NCBI GenBank assembly: GCA_016719515.1
Contig: JADJYZ010000037.1
Coordinates: 34,630-98,629, forward strand
DNA from: Deltaproteobacteria bacterium
GTDB taxonomy: Bacteria; Myxococcota_A; UBA796; CAJQPC01
Length of the DNA stretch: 64,000 nucleotides
Direction of reading: 5' to 3'
In this document: positions 10,281 through 20,784 of the stretch, piece by piece
Layout: every line of letters starts with the position of its first letter
How positions within the stretch are numbered: the stretch's first letter is position 1
Notes under the pieces: model-generated
What the model saw: the letters and a program-made list of their open reading frames with translations, nothing else
The model's database searches: none
What the model was told of the DNA's origin: nothing
Position numbers and translations under genes: made by a program

Positions 10281-11359
10281 GCCTGCCGCCGGGCCTGCGC
10301 CGCCTCGCCATCGCCGTGCCCGACCTCACCCGGCCCCTGGACACCGTGAGCGTCTTGGCCACCCTGCGCCGGGCGCTGGGGGAGCGCGCCCCCGCGGAGA
10401 TCACCGTCGTCGTGGGCCTCGGCCTGCACCGCCCGCTCACCGAGGCCGAGCTCGCGCCGATGCGCGCCGCCTGCGGCTGGCCCGTCGTGAACTCGAACCC
10501 CGACGACACCGCCGATCTCGGCCTCGTCCATGGCATCCCCTGCCAGGTCGCCCACCCCATCGCTGAAGCCGAGATGACCCTCGCCATCGGGGTTGTGGAG
10601 CTTCACCAATACGCGGGCTTCTCCGGCGGTCACAAGGCCAGCGCCGTTGGCTGCGGCGGTCGTGACACCTTGGCCGCGCTGCACGCCCGGGCCATGGTCT
10701 GTGACCCCGAGGTGCAGGTGGGCCGGGTGGAGGGCAACCCCTTCCGCGAGGCCGTAGACGCCTTGGGTGAGCACAACGGCACCCGCCTGGCCCTGCTCTC
10801 TCTGGGCGATGGGCGCTGGACCTTGGGAGAGCCCCGGGCCGCCCTGCGCGTCGCCGCCGCCGCCCAAGACCCGTGGTGGACGGTGCCCGAGCCCGTCTCG
10901 GCCTGCATCCTGCGGGTGCCCGAGGCCAAAGCGGCGAACTTTTACCAGGCGAGCCGCGCCGCCACCTACCTCGCGCTCTCGCCCTCCCCTCCCCTCATCG
11001 ACGGCGCGCGGATCGTGCTCGACGCGAGCTGCCCAGATGGCGCCGGAGATGGCGATGGGGAGCGCGCCTTCGCATCTCTCATGGCGATGACCGCGCCGCC
11101 TTGGCAGAGCTTACTCACCGGGCCGGTGCCCTCTGGCGCGGGGCTGCAGCGGGCGTTTATGCTCGCGCGCCTCGCCCAGCGGTATCACCTCATCGTCGCC
11201 GGCTGTGATCAGCCCGAGGCCCTGCAAAGGCTGGGGGTTGAGGCCACGTCTTCCCCCGCCTCAGCCGTCGCGCCGGGGGCGCTCACCGTCAATCAGCCGT
11301 TCACCCGGCTGCCTCAGCTTCGGCGGCCACCACCGGCTTCGGGGACGGCGCCGGGCTGA
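10181..11359 (+). CDS. LarA-like (DUF2088, lactate-racemase N-terminal domain family) protein; the true start is probably near 10247 (GTG)
   Basis: RRLAIAVPDLTRP (DxTRP-type motif), HQYAGFSGGHKA; the ORF-track start overlaps the upstream gene, so a later alternative start is likely. Confidence 0.55.
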   Translation: MAGGLVDPVDRTSGALAEPPRVVGSLDAALAGLSLPPGLRRLAIAVPDLTRPLDTVSVLATLRRALGERAPAEITVVVGLGLHRPLTEAELAPMRAACGWPVVNSNPDDTADLGLVHGIPCQVAHPIAEAEMTLAIGVVELHQYAGFSGGHKASAVGCGGRDTLAALHARAMVCDPEVQVGRVEGNPFREAVDALGEHNGTRLALLSLGDGRWTLGEPRAALRVAAAAQDPWWTVPEPVSACILRVPEAKAANFYQASRAATYLALSPSPPLIDGARIVLDASCPDGAGDGDGERAFASLMAMTAPPWQSLLTGPVPSGAGLQRAFMLARLAQRYHLIVAGCDQPEALQRLGVEATSSPASAVAPGALTVNQPFTRLPQLRRPPPASGTAPG

Positions 11360-12769
11360 GGCTGCCCAGGCCCACCCACAGGTAGCCCAGGCCAAACAGC
11401 GCCAACAGCGGCGCCGAGCCCCAGGCCCCGGCGAACATGCAGGCGACGGCGCCGAGGAGCTGCCCCAGGCCGAGGGTGATCTCAACGATGGCGCCGCCGT
11501 CGCCGCCCAAGGCGTATCGACCGCGCCGCCGGACTCGCCCCGTTTGGGGGTGCGCACAAAGGCCCCGACCTCGCCAAAGAGCGCCTCAAACACCGCCCGG
11601 CTCTGGTTCACGGCCATGCCCGCGCCCAAGGCCATCGCCCACGGCACCCGGCCCAGACGCCGCGCCCAGTCGTTGTGGGTTGCCCCGGCGCTCACCCCGT
11701 AGAACACGCTCAGGGACGTCATCGCCACGGTGAAGAACACGGCGTGGAGCGGCTCCACCAGGGGGTGCCCCACCCGCTGAATCGCCGCGAGGGGCGTGAT
11801 CACCGAGAGCAGCAGCACCAGGGGATACGCGAGGTTCGCGCAGAGGTGCGCCGTGGCCTCAAGCTTCACCGGCCAAGGGGCGGGCGAGCGCCACAGCCTC
11901 GGCAAGAGCTTCTTCGCGGTCTGAATCGAGCCCTTCGCCCAGCGGCGCTGCTGGCTCTTGAACGCCAAGATGTCGCCGGGAAGCTCAGCGGGCACGGCGA
12001 GATCCGGCAAGTACACAAACCGCCAGCCCACGAGCTGGGCGCGGTACGAGAGGTCGAGGTCTTCAGTGAGCGTGTCACCCTGCCAGCCGCCGGCGTCGTG
12101 AATCGCCTCCCGGCGCCACAGCCCCGCCGTGCCGTTGAAGTTGAACCAGCGCCCGGAGCGCGCTCGGGCGGCGTGCTCGATGACGAAGTGCCCGTCCAAC
12201 AACATCGCCTCCACCCGGGTGAGCCAAGACTCTCCTTCGTTGAGGTGGGTCCAGCGCGCCTGGACCATGCCGATCTCTGGGCCGAGGGCGGGCACAGCGC
12301 GGCGCAAAAAGTCGGCGGGAGGCACAAAGTCGGCGTCAAAGATGGCGATGATCGAGCCCTTCGCCCGGCTGAGCCCCCAAGCCAAGGCCCCGGCCTTAAA
12401 GCCCTGGCGGTCGGGCCTGCGCAGCACCGTGACGTCGAGGCCCTTCGCCCGGTGGCGCGCGGCGGCGGCTTCAGCGAGCGGGGTGGTGTCGTCGTCGCTG
12501 TCGTCGAGGATCTGCAGCTCCAGGCGATCCCGAGGCCAGTCCAGCGCCGCCGCGGCGTCGATGAGCCGGGTGATCACATACCGCTCGTTGTAGACCGGGA
12601 GCTGCACGGTGACGAGGGGCAACGCGCGCTCCTCCAGCGTCGTGAGGGTCGGCGCCTGCCGCCGGGTGCGCCAATACCGCGAGGTGAGCCACAGCCGATG
12701 CAGCCCGTAGAGCGAGAGCGTTGAGGCGAGCAGCGCGTGACCGCCCAGGAGCAAAAGTTCCGTCACCAC
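11301..12769 (-). CDS. processive family-2 glycosyltransferase (cellulose-synthase-like/CslA-type) with an apparent frameshift near 11505-11540
   Basis: PVYNER, ILDDSDD, FDADF (DxD), QQRRWAKGS (QxxRW), FVRTPK (FxVTxK-like). After this the main frame becomes R/W/P-rich junk, while the -1 frame (ORF 11301..11510) encodes the expected C-terminal TM helices. Confidence 0.7.
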
Positions 12770-13128
12770 GACCCCGTCACCACGACCGTCTCGGCGGCTC
12801 CTCCCGACCTCAAGCGCCAGGGTGAGCCGCGAGACGTTTTAGCCCCGCAGACGACCTCCGCGCAAGCCGCGCCCCGCTCGGGTATAGTGAGCTTGGCCTC
12901 TGCCCGGTTCGAGTACAGAGCGATCGTGGTTCCTCCACAAGTATGTCCCGGGACCCGCCCCTCTCCGTGGTGTGCACGCCTCCTCGTGAGGAAGCCTGAA
13001 GCGGGAATGCGGCTCCCCCCTCCTGAGTGGAGGAGGACCCCAACGCTCACACGGCCAGGGTGGAGGCCACTTTTTTGCGCGGACGCCGACACGGGAACCT
13101 CCCCGCCGCCGCCAGGGTCTCCTGCACC

Positions 13129-14124
13129 ATGACCATCGTAAGCCTGCTCGTGCTCTTCGCCTGCGCCGCCCGCGCGCCCGTCGTGCTCTACCCCTTGGAC
13201 CAGCACCAGCCCCCGGCGGCGCTGGTTGGGGTCTTCGCCAGCCAGAGCCCCGACGCGCTGTTTGAGGACGCCTACTCCCGGCTCCTCAACGACGACCTGG
13301 AGGGCGCTGAACAACGGCTGGTGTACCTCGCGGGCCTGCCGGACGGCCCACCCGAGGCGCTCTACCACCTGGGCGTCGTCTACGAGCTGCGCGGAGCGCT
13401 GGAGACGGCGATCTCGGCCTACGATCTGCTCCTCACCCAAGATCCCCCTGAGGAGCTCGCGCCGAGCGTACACTTTCGCCGCGGCCTGTGTCTTGAGGAG
13501 CTCGGCCGCTTTGACGAGGCGCTCAAGGCCTTCTCTAAGGTGCCTACCACCGGCGGCCTGAGCCTCAACGACCGCGTCACCTACGACGTGGCGCGTGGCG
13601 TGGCGATGTTGGGCTCGGGCAAAGAGGCCAAAGGGCTTGAGCTGCTCCAGGCCGCGCTCTCCACCACCCGCCGCGACCCAGAGCTGGCCTGGATCCTCGG
13701 CAAAGGCTGGTACACCCTCGCCCGGCACGACCTCGACCAAGCGGCGGCGCTCTCGCTGAACGAGTCTGAGCGGAAGGTCAAGAAGAACCTAGAGGCCCGG
13801 GCCGGGCTCATCATGGACGCCGAGGCCGACCTCGTGCACGTCGTCGAGCAGCACGAGCCGGAGTGGATCCTCCGGGGCCTGCTCGACCTCGGCGACGCCT
13901 ACATCACGCTCCGCGAAGACATGATGCGCTCGCCCACCCCCGCCGGGCTCAGCGCCGAGCAGGCCGCGCTCTACGTCGCCCAGGTCGACAAGAGCACCCG
14001 CGTGCTCATCGCCAAGGCGTTCAACGCCTACGACCAGGGCCTCATCGTCGCGGGCACCCTCGGGTTTGAGGGGGAGCTGACCGAGACCCTACGCGCCCGG
14101 CGCGACGCCTTGCCCACGGACTGA
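13129..14124 (+). CDS. TPR-repeat lipoprotein
   Basis: Signal peptide with lipobox LFAC; multiple TPR-like helical repeats (ALYHLGVVYELRGALETAISAYD...). Confidence 0.6.
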   Translation: MTIVSLLVLFACAARAPVVLYPLDQHQPPAALVGVFASQSPDALFEDAYSRLLNDDLEGAEQRLVYLAGLPDGPPEALYHLGVVYELRGALETAISAYDLLLTQDPPEELAPSVHFRRGLCLEELGRFDEALKAFSKVPTTGGLSLNDRVTYDVARGVAMLGSGKEAKGLELLQAALSTTRRDPELAWILGKGWYTLARHDLDQAAALSLNESERKVKKNLEARAGLIMDAEADLVHVVEQHEPEWILRGLLDLGDAYITLREDMMRSPTPAGLSAEQAALYVAQVDKSTRVLIAKAFNAYDQGLIVAGTLGFEGELTETLRARRDALPTD

Positions 14125-14210
14125 CTCGGCGGCGCTGAAGACGAGGCGGCCCGGCCTCCTCTGCCTCAGAGGGACCGGGCCGCAGGCTGAGAGCACCAGC
14201 CGGAGTCGTT

Positions 14211-15326
14211 TCAGTCGGCGTTCTTGTAGAACGTCGGGATGTCGTAGTCGTCGTGCGCGATGTCGAAGCCGCTGGCCATCTCGCGGCCATGACCGCCGTG
14301 CATCCCGCGGCGACCGGCCACCTGAACGGCGACGCGGCGCTCGGCGGAGGGCACCACCTGCTGACGGGCCTCCTCGAAGCCCGTGGCGATGACGGTGACG
14401 CGGGCCTCGTCGCCCATGGTGTCGTCGATGACCCAACCCCAGATGAGGTTGACGTCCTCGTGGGCCTCTTCCTGAATCAGCGAGGAGGCCTCGTTGATCT
14501 CGTACATCGTGAGGTTCGAGTTGCCGGTGATGTTCATCAGGACGCTGGTGGCGCCGGAGATGGAGACATCGTCGAGCAGCGGCGAGGAGATCGCGCGCTG
14601 GGCGGCGTCCACCGTCTTGTGGTCACCCGTGGCCGTGCCGACGCCCATGAGCGCCACGCCCTTGTTGGCCATCGTCGTGCGCACGTCGGCGAAGTCGACG
14701 TTGACGATGCCCTCAAAGTTGATGAGGTCGGACACGCCCTTGATCGCCTGGAGCAGCACCTGGTCGGCGAGGTTGAACGCCTCCTTCATGGTGGTGCGGT
14801 CGCTGGCCATGGCGATGAGGCGCTGGTTGGGGATGGTGATGAGGGTGTCCACGACGCCCTTCAGCGCCTCGATGCCCTCTTCAGCCTGACGGCGGCGCTT
14901 CTTGCCCTCGAACCAGAACGGGCGGGTGACCACACCGACGGTGAGCGCGCCGTGCTCGCGGGCGAGCTGGGCCAGAACCGGCGCCGCGCCCGTGCCCGTG
15001 CCGCCGCCCATGCCGGCGGTCACGAAGACCATGTCCGCGCCGACGACGAGCTCCGCGAGGCGCTCCTTGTCCTCAAGGGCCGCCTCACGGCCGACCTCGG
15101 GGTTGGCGCCAGCGCCAAGGCCCTTGGTGAGCTGACCGCCGAGCTGAAACCGGCGGGGGGCCAGCGAGCGACGAAGATCCTGGGCGTCGGTGTTCACGGC
15201 GATGAACTCGACCCCGGTGAGACCACCCGCGATCATGGTGTTGACGGCGTTGTTGCCGCCGCCGCCAACGCCGATCACCTTGATCTTGGCGCCGACCAGT
15301 TCGTTCTCAATGATTTCGATGGGCAT
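14211..15326 (-). CDS. ftsZ: cell division GTPase FtsZ
   Basis: MPIEIIENE...[19 protein letters not shown], tubulin signature GGGTGTG; start reset to MPIEII, since upstream ORF-track residues are wrong-frame-like. Confidence 0.95.
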   Translation of the reverse strand: MPIEIIENELVGAKIKVIGVGGGGNNAVNTMIAGGLTGVEFIAVNTDAQDLRRSLAPRRFQLGGQLTKGLGAGANPEVGREAALEDKERLAELVVGADMVFVTAGMGGGTGTGAAPVLAQLAREHGALTVGVVTRPFWFEGKKRRRQAEEGIEALKGVVDTLITIPNQRLIAMASDRTTMKEAFNLADQVLLQAIKGVSDLINFEGIVNVDFADVRTTMANKGVALMGVGTATGDHKTVDAAQRAISSPLLDDVSISGATSVLMNITGNSNLTMYEINEASSLIQEEAHEDVNLIWGWVIDDTMGDEARVTVIATGFEEARQQVVPSAERRVAVQVAGRRGMHGGHGREMASGFDIAHDDYDIPTFYKNAD

Positions 15327-15489
15327 GGAGTTCTCCCGAGGTGCCCCTGCGCGTTGACGCGACAGGAGGACAGGCGAGGCTTGGAGGGATTGTCGTTCGC
15401 GGGGGACGAAGGAGACGAGGAGGAGTGCAGGAGGGGAGCAGCGAGGTGCTTGCAGAGGTCGTCGCGTCCGAGGATGAGCCGGGGATGGC

Positions 15490-16275
15490 TCAGGACGAGA
15501 GCGGGGTCGCCACAGCGAGGCCGTCGAGGTCGAGGTCGATGTGGTGAGGGACGGAGAGGTCAAGCCCGTTGCGAGCCATGACCCCGAGCCGCAGAAGCTG
15601 CTGCGCCGGGTCTCGGAAACCGAACCGGAGCAAGCCGCCGTTGCGGAGGAGGAGGGTGAAGCCTAAGGCCTCGTCAAAATGAAGCTCGGAGAGGTCGTCG
15701 GGCTGAATCACGCCGCTCTCCCCGACGAGGTCGAGGATGTGCAGCGCGTCGAGCACGATGCGCCGAGCCACCGGCCCATATTGTTCTACGAGGCGATCGT
15801 CCAGGCCCGTGAGCACCGGCCGATCGAGGCCGTCGCCGCGGGCCCGCAAGAACACCTCACCCGAGGGGTTCACGCGGTAAAGATGCCCGGCGTGGGAGAG
15901 CAGCAGCACGTCCTCGTGCTCCTGCACATGCACCCGAAGGCCGCCGGGGTACACCCGCTCGACCTCCACCTCGGCCACCCAGGGGTGACGCATCACCTGG
16001 CGGATGACGGTGTTGAGGTCGATGAGCAGGAGCGCGTCGCCCTCGTGAACATCGGCGAGGTGGCGCACGGCCACGACGCTGGCGTGGTGGTTGCCGACGA
16101 CCTCCACCGTCGCCACGCGGGCGAAGCGGTGGTAGTTGCAGACCCCATAAACGCCGAGGCCGCTCACCCCCGCCGTCACCACCGCCACGCCAAGGAGCCG
16201 CAGGACGCGGCCCACGATGGGGCGCTCCAGCAGGTCGGCGAGGCGGTCACGGAGGCGGGTCAGCATGGCTCTCAA
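15490..16275 (-). CDS. ftsQ: cell division protein FtsQ/DivIB (POTRA)
   Basis: Single TM helix followed by a POTRA domain and a beta-rich domain; position between ddl and ftsZ. Confidence 0.8.
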   Translation of the reverse strand: MRAMLTRLRDRLADLLERPIVGRVLRLLGVAVVTAGVSGLGVYGVCNYHRFARVATVEVVGNHHASVVAVRHLADVHEGDALLLIDLNTVIRQVMRHPWVAEVEVERVYPGGLRVHVQEHEDVLLLSHAGHLYRVNPSGEVFLRARGDGLDRPVLTGLDDRLVEQYGPVARRIVLDALHILDLVGESGVIQPDDLSELHFDEALGFTLLLRNGGLLRFGFRDPAQQLLRLGVMARNGLDLSVPHHIDLDLDGLAVATPLSS

Positions 16276-16435
16276 CAGGCAGGGGCAGCGGGGAGGGAAT
16301 CAGCGTTCGCGGTGCGGCGGCGGCTTCTGCGGGGACTGAGCTTCTTTTACCAGAGGCCGAGAAGTCTTGACAAGTAAATAGTTTGATTTTCCCTGCTCGG
16401 GGTCGTTTTTACCCCCAAACAAGGATCCTTGAGGC

Positions 16436-17389
16436 TCAAGCGCGCTCGTCTCGGCGCTCTAGGTGCAGGCGCGCGCCGAGGAGGATCGTCTCGACGAGCT
16501 CCTCAAAGGACATCCCCAGGGCCCCGGCCGCCATTGGGCTCAGGCTGGTCGCGGTCATGCCGGGGATGGTGTTGATCTCCAAGAAGTAGGGCTGGCCTGA
16601 GGCGTCGACGATGAAGTCGGCGCGGGCGACGCCGCCCAAGCCCAGGCGGGCGTAGGCCTCCTCCGCGGCGCGCTGGGCGCGCTCGGCCACGGCGGGGTCG
16701 ATGGGCGCGGGCACGATGTACTTCGTGAGGCCCTTGGTGTACTTCGCGGCGAAGTCGAAGAAGCCGGACTCGGGCACGATGGCGACCACAGGCAAGGCCC
16801 GGCCGTTGAGCACGGCCACGGTGATCTCCGCGCCGGAGACGAACTGCTCTAGGAGCACCTCCTCGCCGAGCTGGCCCAGGTCCAAGAGCGCCTTCTCAAG
16901 CTCGTGCTCCTCATGCACCATGACGATGCCCAAGGTAGAGCCGCCCTCGGGGAACTTGGCCACGACGGGCAAGGTGAGGTCCTCAGGGATGGCCTCACCC
17001 CGGCGCCAGACCGTGTCCGCGGGCATCACCACGCCCGAGCCCACCAGGGCACGTTTGGTGGCGATCTTGTCCATCGCCATCGCCGAGCCCCGCACGCCGG
17101 AGCCGGTGTAGGGGATACGCATAATCTCCAGGAGGCCCTGCACGCAGCCGTCCTCGCCGAACTGGCCATGCAGCGCGATCCAGGCCACCTGGGCGCCGAG
17201 CTCTCTGAGGCGCTCGGGCAGATCCGGGCCCACATCGACGGCGTGGGCGTCCCAGCCGCGGCTCTGCAGCGCGCCGAGCACGGCTTTGCCCGACTTTAAG
17301 GAGATCTCCCGCTCGCTGGACATGCCGCCCAGAAGCACCGCCACCCGCGCGTCGCGGGGAATCACCGTCTTTGTCGTGTCAGCCATCAC
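16436..17389 (-). CDS. ddl: D-alanine--D-alanine ligase
   Basis: VAVLLGGMSSEREISLKSG...; ATP-grasp motifs. Confidence 0.95.
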   Translation of the reverse strand: MMADTTKTVIPRDARVAVLLGGMSSEREISLKSGKAVLGALQSRGWDAHAVDVGPDLPERLRELGAQVAWIALHGQFGEDGCVQGLLEIMRIPYTGSGVRGSAMAMDKIATKRALVGSGVVMPADTVWRRGEAIPEDLTLPVVAKFPEGGSTLGIVMVHEEHELEKALLDLGQLGEEVLLEQFVSGAEITVAVLNGRALPVVAIVPESGFFDFAAKYTKGLTKYIVPAPIDPAVAERAQRAAEEAYARLGLGGVARADFIVDASGQPYFLEINTIPGMTATSLSPMAAGALGMSFEELVETILLGARLHLERRDERA

Positions 17390-18248
17390 TCCTCCGGCTA
17401 CGCCCTAAGGGCTTGAGCTCAGGGTTCAGGTCTACGCCGAGGTGGCTCTTGGCGCGGTCTTTGACCATTCCGATGAGCACCTTGAGGTCGTTCTCTTTGG
17501 CGCCGCCGAGGTTGATGAGGGTGTTTGGCTCATAGCCGCCGAGCCGCGCGCTGCGTAAGCGCACGCCGCGTAGGCCAAGCTCACTCATCATCTCCGCCGC
17601 GTTGTGGTTCTTTTTGGGGTCCAAAAACAGGCGCCCCGGCAGGCCCGGCCCACGTTTGGGGGCGCGACCGCCCTTGAGCGCCTGAGCGGGGTCAAGCTCA
17701 AGGCGGGCCCGCACGATGACGTGGTCGTCCTTGAGCTTGCCGGGCACCACCTCGGTGAGCCGACCGCCGCGCAGCACCCGCACACCCACCAAGGTCGGCG
17801 GCGGCTCGTCGCGGCGGAGCAGCTCGGCGATGGTGCCTGAGACGTGGTTGTAGAGCTCTAAGCCGATGAGGCCCTCACGCTTGGCGTAGCTGGCCAAGGC
17901 CGCCACGGGCGTCTGGGCGCCCACATCGAGGCGCAGGCCCTCGCGGGAGATGCCCTCTGCGCAGGCGCCGAGTCGCAGCCAGACGCCGTCCGCGCCGCCG
18001 TCGCCAACCCAGAGGTGCTGGCCGTCTACGGGCACCACACGCTCATTCGCCTCGCGGATGAGGCCCACCGCCTCCAGGAGCGCCTCCTCGGTCTCGACCA
18101 CCACCCACAACGCCGCCGGGCCGCCCACACGCCAGGTGCAGTGGCGGCTCATCGGCTCGTCCTCACGCACCATCAGCCCCGGCACGCTGCGCAGGCGCTC
18201 GGCGAGGGCGGCCGTGGGCAGGGCCGATGGAGGCGCGGACTCGCTCAA
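17379..18248 (-). CDS. murB: UDP-N-acetylenolpyruvoylglucosamine reductase MurB (short type)
   Basis: CTWRVGGPA N-terminal motif; C-terminal LFLDPKKNHNAAEMMSELGLRG...TLINLGGAKENDLKVLIGMV matches the MurB C-domain. Confidence 0.75.
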   Translation of the reverse strand: MSESAPPSALPTAALAERLRSVPGLMVREDEPMSRHCTWRVGGPAALWVVVETEEALLEAVGLIREANERVVPVDGQHLWVGDGGADGVWLRLGACAEGISREGLRLDVGAQTPVAALASYAKREGLIGLELYNHVSGTIAELLRRDEPPPTLVGVRVLRGGRLTEVVPGKLKDDHVIVRARLELDPAQALKGGRAPKRGPGLPGRLFLDPKKNHNAAEMMSELGLRGVRLRSARLGGYEPNTLINLGGAKENDLKVLIGMVKDRAKSHLGVDLNPELKPLGRSRRSDG

Positions 18249-19633
18249 CGAGGCTCCCCGCCGAGGCGCTGCACCAAGGGCGCGCAGATCGAGTTCACGT
18301 TGCCCGCGCCCAAGGTGATCACCAGGTCGTTGGGCTGGGCCATGTCTGCGAGCCGGGTGAGGGCCTCGTCCAGATCGTCCACCCGATCGACGCCGCGGTG
18401 GCCGTAGCGGCGTAGGCCTTCAGCGAGGCTCTGGTGGTCGATCCCGTCGATGGGCGCCTCGCCCGCCGCGGCGATGGGGCAGACGAGCACCCGATCGGCG
18501 CGGTTAAAGGCCCGGCAGAAGTCGGCGTGAAGGTCGCGAACCCGGGTGTAGCGGTGCGGCTGAAAGACCGCGATGATCCGACGCTTCTCGAAGCCCGCGC
18601 GGGCGGCGGCGAGGGTGGCGCGGATCTCCTCGGGGTGATGGCCATAGTCATCCACGACCATGACGCCGCCGGCCTCCCCCACGACAGTGAACCGGCGCTG
18701 CACCCCGGTGAAGCCGTCTAAGCCCGCGGCGACCTGCTCAAAGGGGATGTCGAGGCCCAAGGCCGTGGCCGCCGCCGCCAAGGCGTTCTGCACGTTGTGC
18801 TGGCCGGGCATCATCAGGCGCAGGCGACCCAGGCTCTCGGGGCCCCGATGTACGGCGAAGCTCGTCTCTAAGCCATTGCAGCGGATGTCGTCCCCGCGCA
18901 GGTCGGCCTGCCGGGTGAGGCCGTAGGTGACCACGCGGCGGCGCAGCTCGGGCAGGCTCTCTTGCACGATGGGGTGGTCCAGGCAGGCCACGGTGAAGCC
19001 GAAGAAGGGCACCTTGTTGGCGAAGTCTACAAACGCCCGGCGTAAGGTGGCGAAGTCGCCGTAGTGGTCGAGGTGCTCGGGGTCGATGTTGGTGATGACG
19101 GCCACGGTGGGCGCCAACAACAAGAAGCTGCCGTCGGACTCATCGGCTTCAGCGACGAGCAGCTCCCCCTGGCCGAGCTTGGCGTTTGAGCCCAAGGCGT
19201 CGAGCTTTCCGCCGATCACCACCGTGGGGTCGAGGCCCGCGGCGCCGAGGATCTGGGCGATCATCGAGGTCGTCGTCGTCTTGCCGTGGGTGCCGGCGAC
19301 GGCGACGCCGTACTTCATGCGCATCAGCTCGGCGAGGAGCTCGGCCCGGGGGATGACGGGGATGGCCTGGGCGCGCCCGGCGGAGAGCTCCGGGTTGTGG
19401 TCGGGCACCGCCGTAGAGCGCACGATGACGTCGGCGCCGACGATGTTCTCCGCGCGATGGCCGATGAACACCTGGGCGCCCAAGCTCCGCAGCCGGGCCA
19501 CGGTGCCGCTCTCTTTCATGTCCGAGCCGGACACCACAAAGCCCAAGGTGAGCAGCACTTCAGCGAGCCCGTTCATGCCGGATCCGCCGATGCCCACAAA
19601 ATGAACCTGACGCACCTTTCCGCGGAACATCAT
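18245..19633 (-). CDS. murC: UDP-N-acetylmuramate--L-alanine ligase
   Basis: VHFVGIGGSGMNGLAEVLLTLGF, GTHGKTTTTSM. Confidence 0.95.
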   Translation of the reverse strand: MMFRGKVRQVHFVGIGGSGMNGLAEVLLTLGFVVSGSDMKESGTVARLRSLGAQVFIGHRAENIVGADVIVRSTAVPDHNPELSAGRAQAIPVIPRAELLAELMRMKYGVAVAGTHGKTTTTSMIAQILGAAGLDPTVVIGGKLDALGSNAKLGQGELLVAEADESDGSFLLLAPTVAVITNIDPEHLDHYGDFATLRRAFVDFANKVPFFGFTVACLDHPIVQESLPELRRRVVTYGLTRQADLRGDDIRCNGLETSFAVHRGPESLGRLRLMMPGQHNVQNALAAAATALGLDIPFEQVAAGLDGFTGVQRRFTVVGEAGGVMVVDDYGHHPEEIRATLAAARAGFEKRRIIAVFQPHRYTRVRDLHADFCRAFNRADRVLVCPIAAAGEAPIDGIDHQSLAEGLRRYGHRGVDRVDDLDEALTRLADMAQPNDLVITLGAGNVNSICAPLVQRLGGEPR

Positions 19634-20784
19634 CGGGCCAGAACCCCCTCCGCCGTGGCGCTCGGGCGGTAGATGGTGGGCGCCCGGGCTCCGGCGGCGC
19701 TGTTCGCCGAGACGTTGAGCAAGAGCCCCACGGCGAAGAGCTGGGCGACGATGGCGGAGGCGCCATAGGACATAAACGGCAGCACGAGGCCCTTGGGCGG
19801 CACGATGCCCATGACGACGCCGAGGTTGAAGAAGGCCTGCAGGCCGATGGCCGCGGTCAATGACGTCGCGAGCAGGGCCCCGAAGAGGTCTTCAGCCTGC
19901 CGGGCGACGTGCATGCCGCGCCAGATGAGCAGGCCGTAGAGCGTCAACAGCGCGAGCACGCCGATGAGGCCCAGCTCTTCACCCAACACCGAGCCGATGA
20001 AGTCGGTCCAGGGCTCGGGCAAGAACAGGTGTTTGGCTTGGCTCTCGCCGAGGCCACGCCCGGTGAGCCCGCCGGAGTGAAACGCGATCATCGACTGGAT
20101 GACCTGGTAGCCCGAGCCCGCCGCGTCCGCCCAAGGGTCCATGAACGAGCGCAGGCGCTTGAGCCGATAGGGCTCGGCCACGGCCACCAAGGCGCCGACG
20201 GTGACCCCGAGGCCAAAGAGCGCGTAGATAAACCGTGTGCGCAGCCCAGCGACGACCAGGGTGAGGAAGGCCATGCCGCCGATGATCACCGTGGTGCCGA
20301 AGTCGGGCTCCATGACGATGAGCAGCATCAAGGGCACGGGGATGGCCAAGGCCGGCAAGAGCACGTTCTTCACGTCGTCCAGGCGGCCGCCCTTCTCGTC
20401 GATGAAGTGCGCCATACACAAGACGCAGACCAGCTTCGCCAGCTCTGACGGCTGCAGGTTCACGCTGCCCATGCCGATCCAGCGCGACGCGCCGTTGACC
20501 CGGTGGCTGAGCCCCGGCACAAACACCAAGATGAGCCCGATGATGACCGCCGCGTAGGCCGCCCAGGCGTAGCGCCGCAGCCACTCATACGGCGTGAACG
20601 CGATGCCGACGCCGCCGATGATGCCGACGATGATCGCCGCGAGCTGGCGTTTGACGTAGTACCAGGGGTCGTCCAGGCGGTCGGCGGCCACGGGCCCCGA
20701 GGCCGACTGCACCATCACCAGCCCCAGAATGAGCAGCACGACGACGAGGCCCATGAGGGGCAGATCAAAACGGCGGGCCTTCAT
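19630..20784 (-). CDS. ftsW: lipid II flippase/peptidoglycan polymerase FtsW (SEDS family)
   Basis: 10-TM SEDS protein; in the canonical dcw position, overlapping the murC start. Confidence 0.9.
   Translation of the reverse strand: MKARRFDLPLMGLVVVLLILGLVMVQSASGPVAADRLDDPWYYVKRQLAAIIVGIIGGVGIAFTPYEWLRRYAWAAYAAVIIGLILVFVPGLSHRVNGASRWIGMGSVNLQPSELAKLVCVLCMAHFIDEKGGRLDDVKNVLLPALAIPVPLMLLIVMEPDFGTTVIIGGMAFLTLVVAGLRTRFIYALFGLGVTVGALVAVAEPYRLKRLRSFMDPWADAAGSGYQVIQSMIAFHSGGLTGRGLGESQAKHLFLPEPWTDFIGSVLGEELGLIGVLALLTLYGLLIWRGMHVARQAEDLFGALLATSLTAAIGLQAFFNLGVVMGIVPPKGLVLPFMSYGASAIVAQLFAVGLLLNVSANSAAGARAPTIYRPSATAEGVLAR

Noticed and set aside
12763-13740. 325-aa minus-strand ORF
   Set aside because: Antisense to the TPR lipoprotein gene and overlaps the GT2 start region; no coding signature.
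15327-15489. Purine-rich (plus strand), so CT-rich on the coding strand, ftsZ leader as a possible riboswitch/ncRNA
   Set aside because: No recognisable structure or conservation could be asserted from sequence alone. It is probably just a pyrimidine-rich 5'UTR/promoter region.
14253-15581. 442-aa plus-strand ORF
   Set aside because: Antisense to ftsZ.
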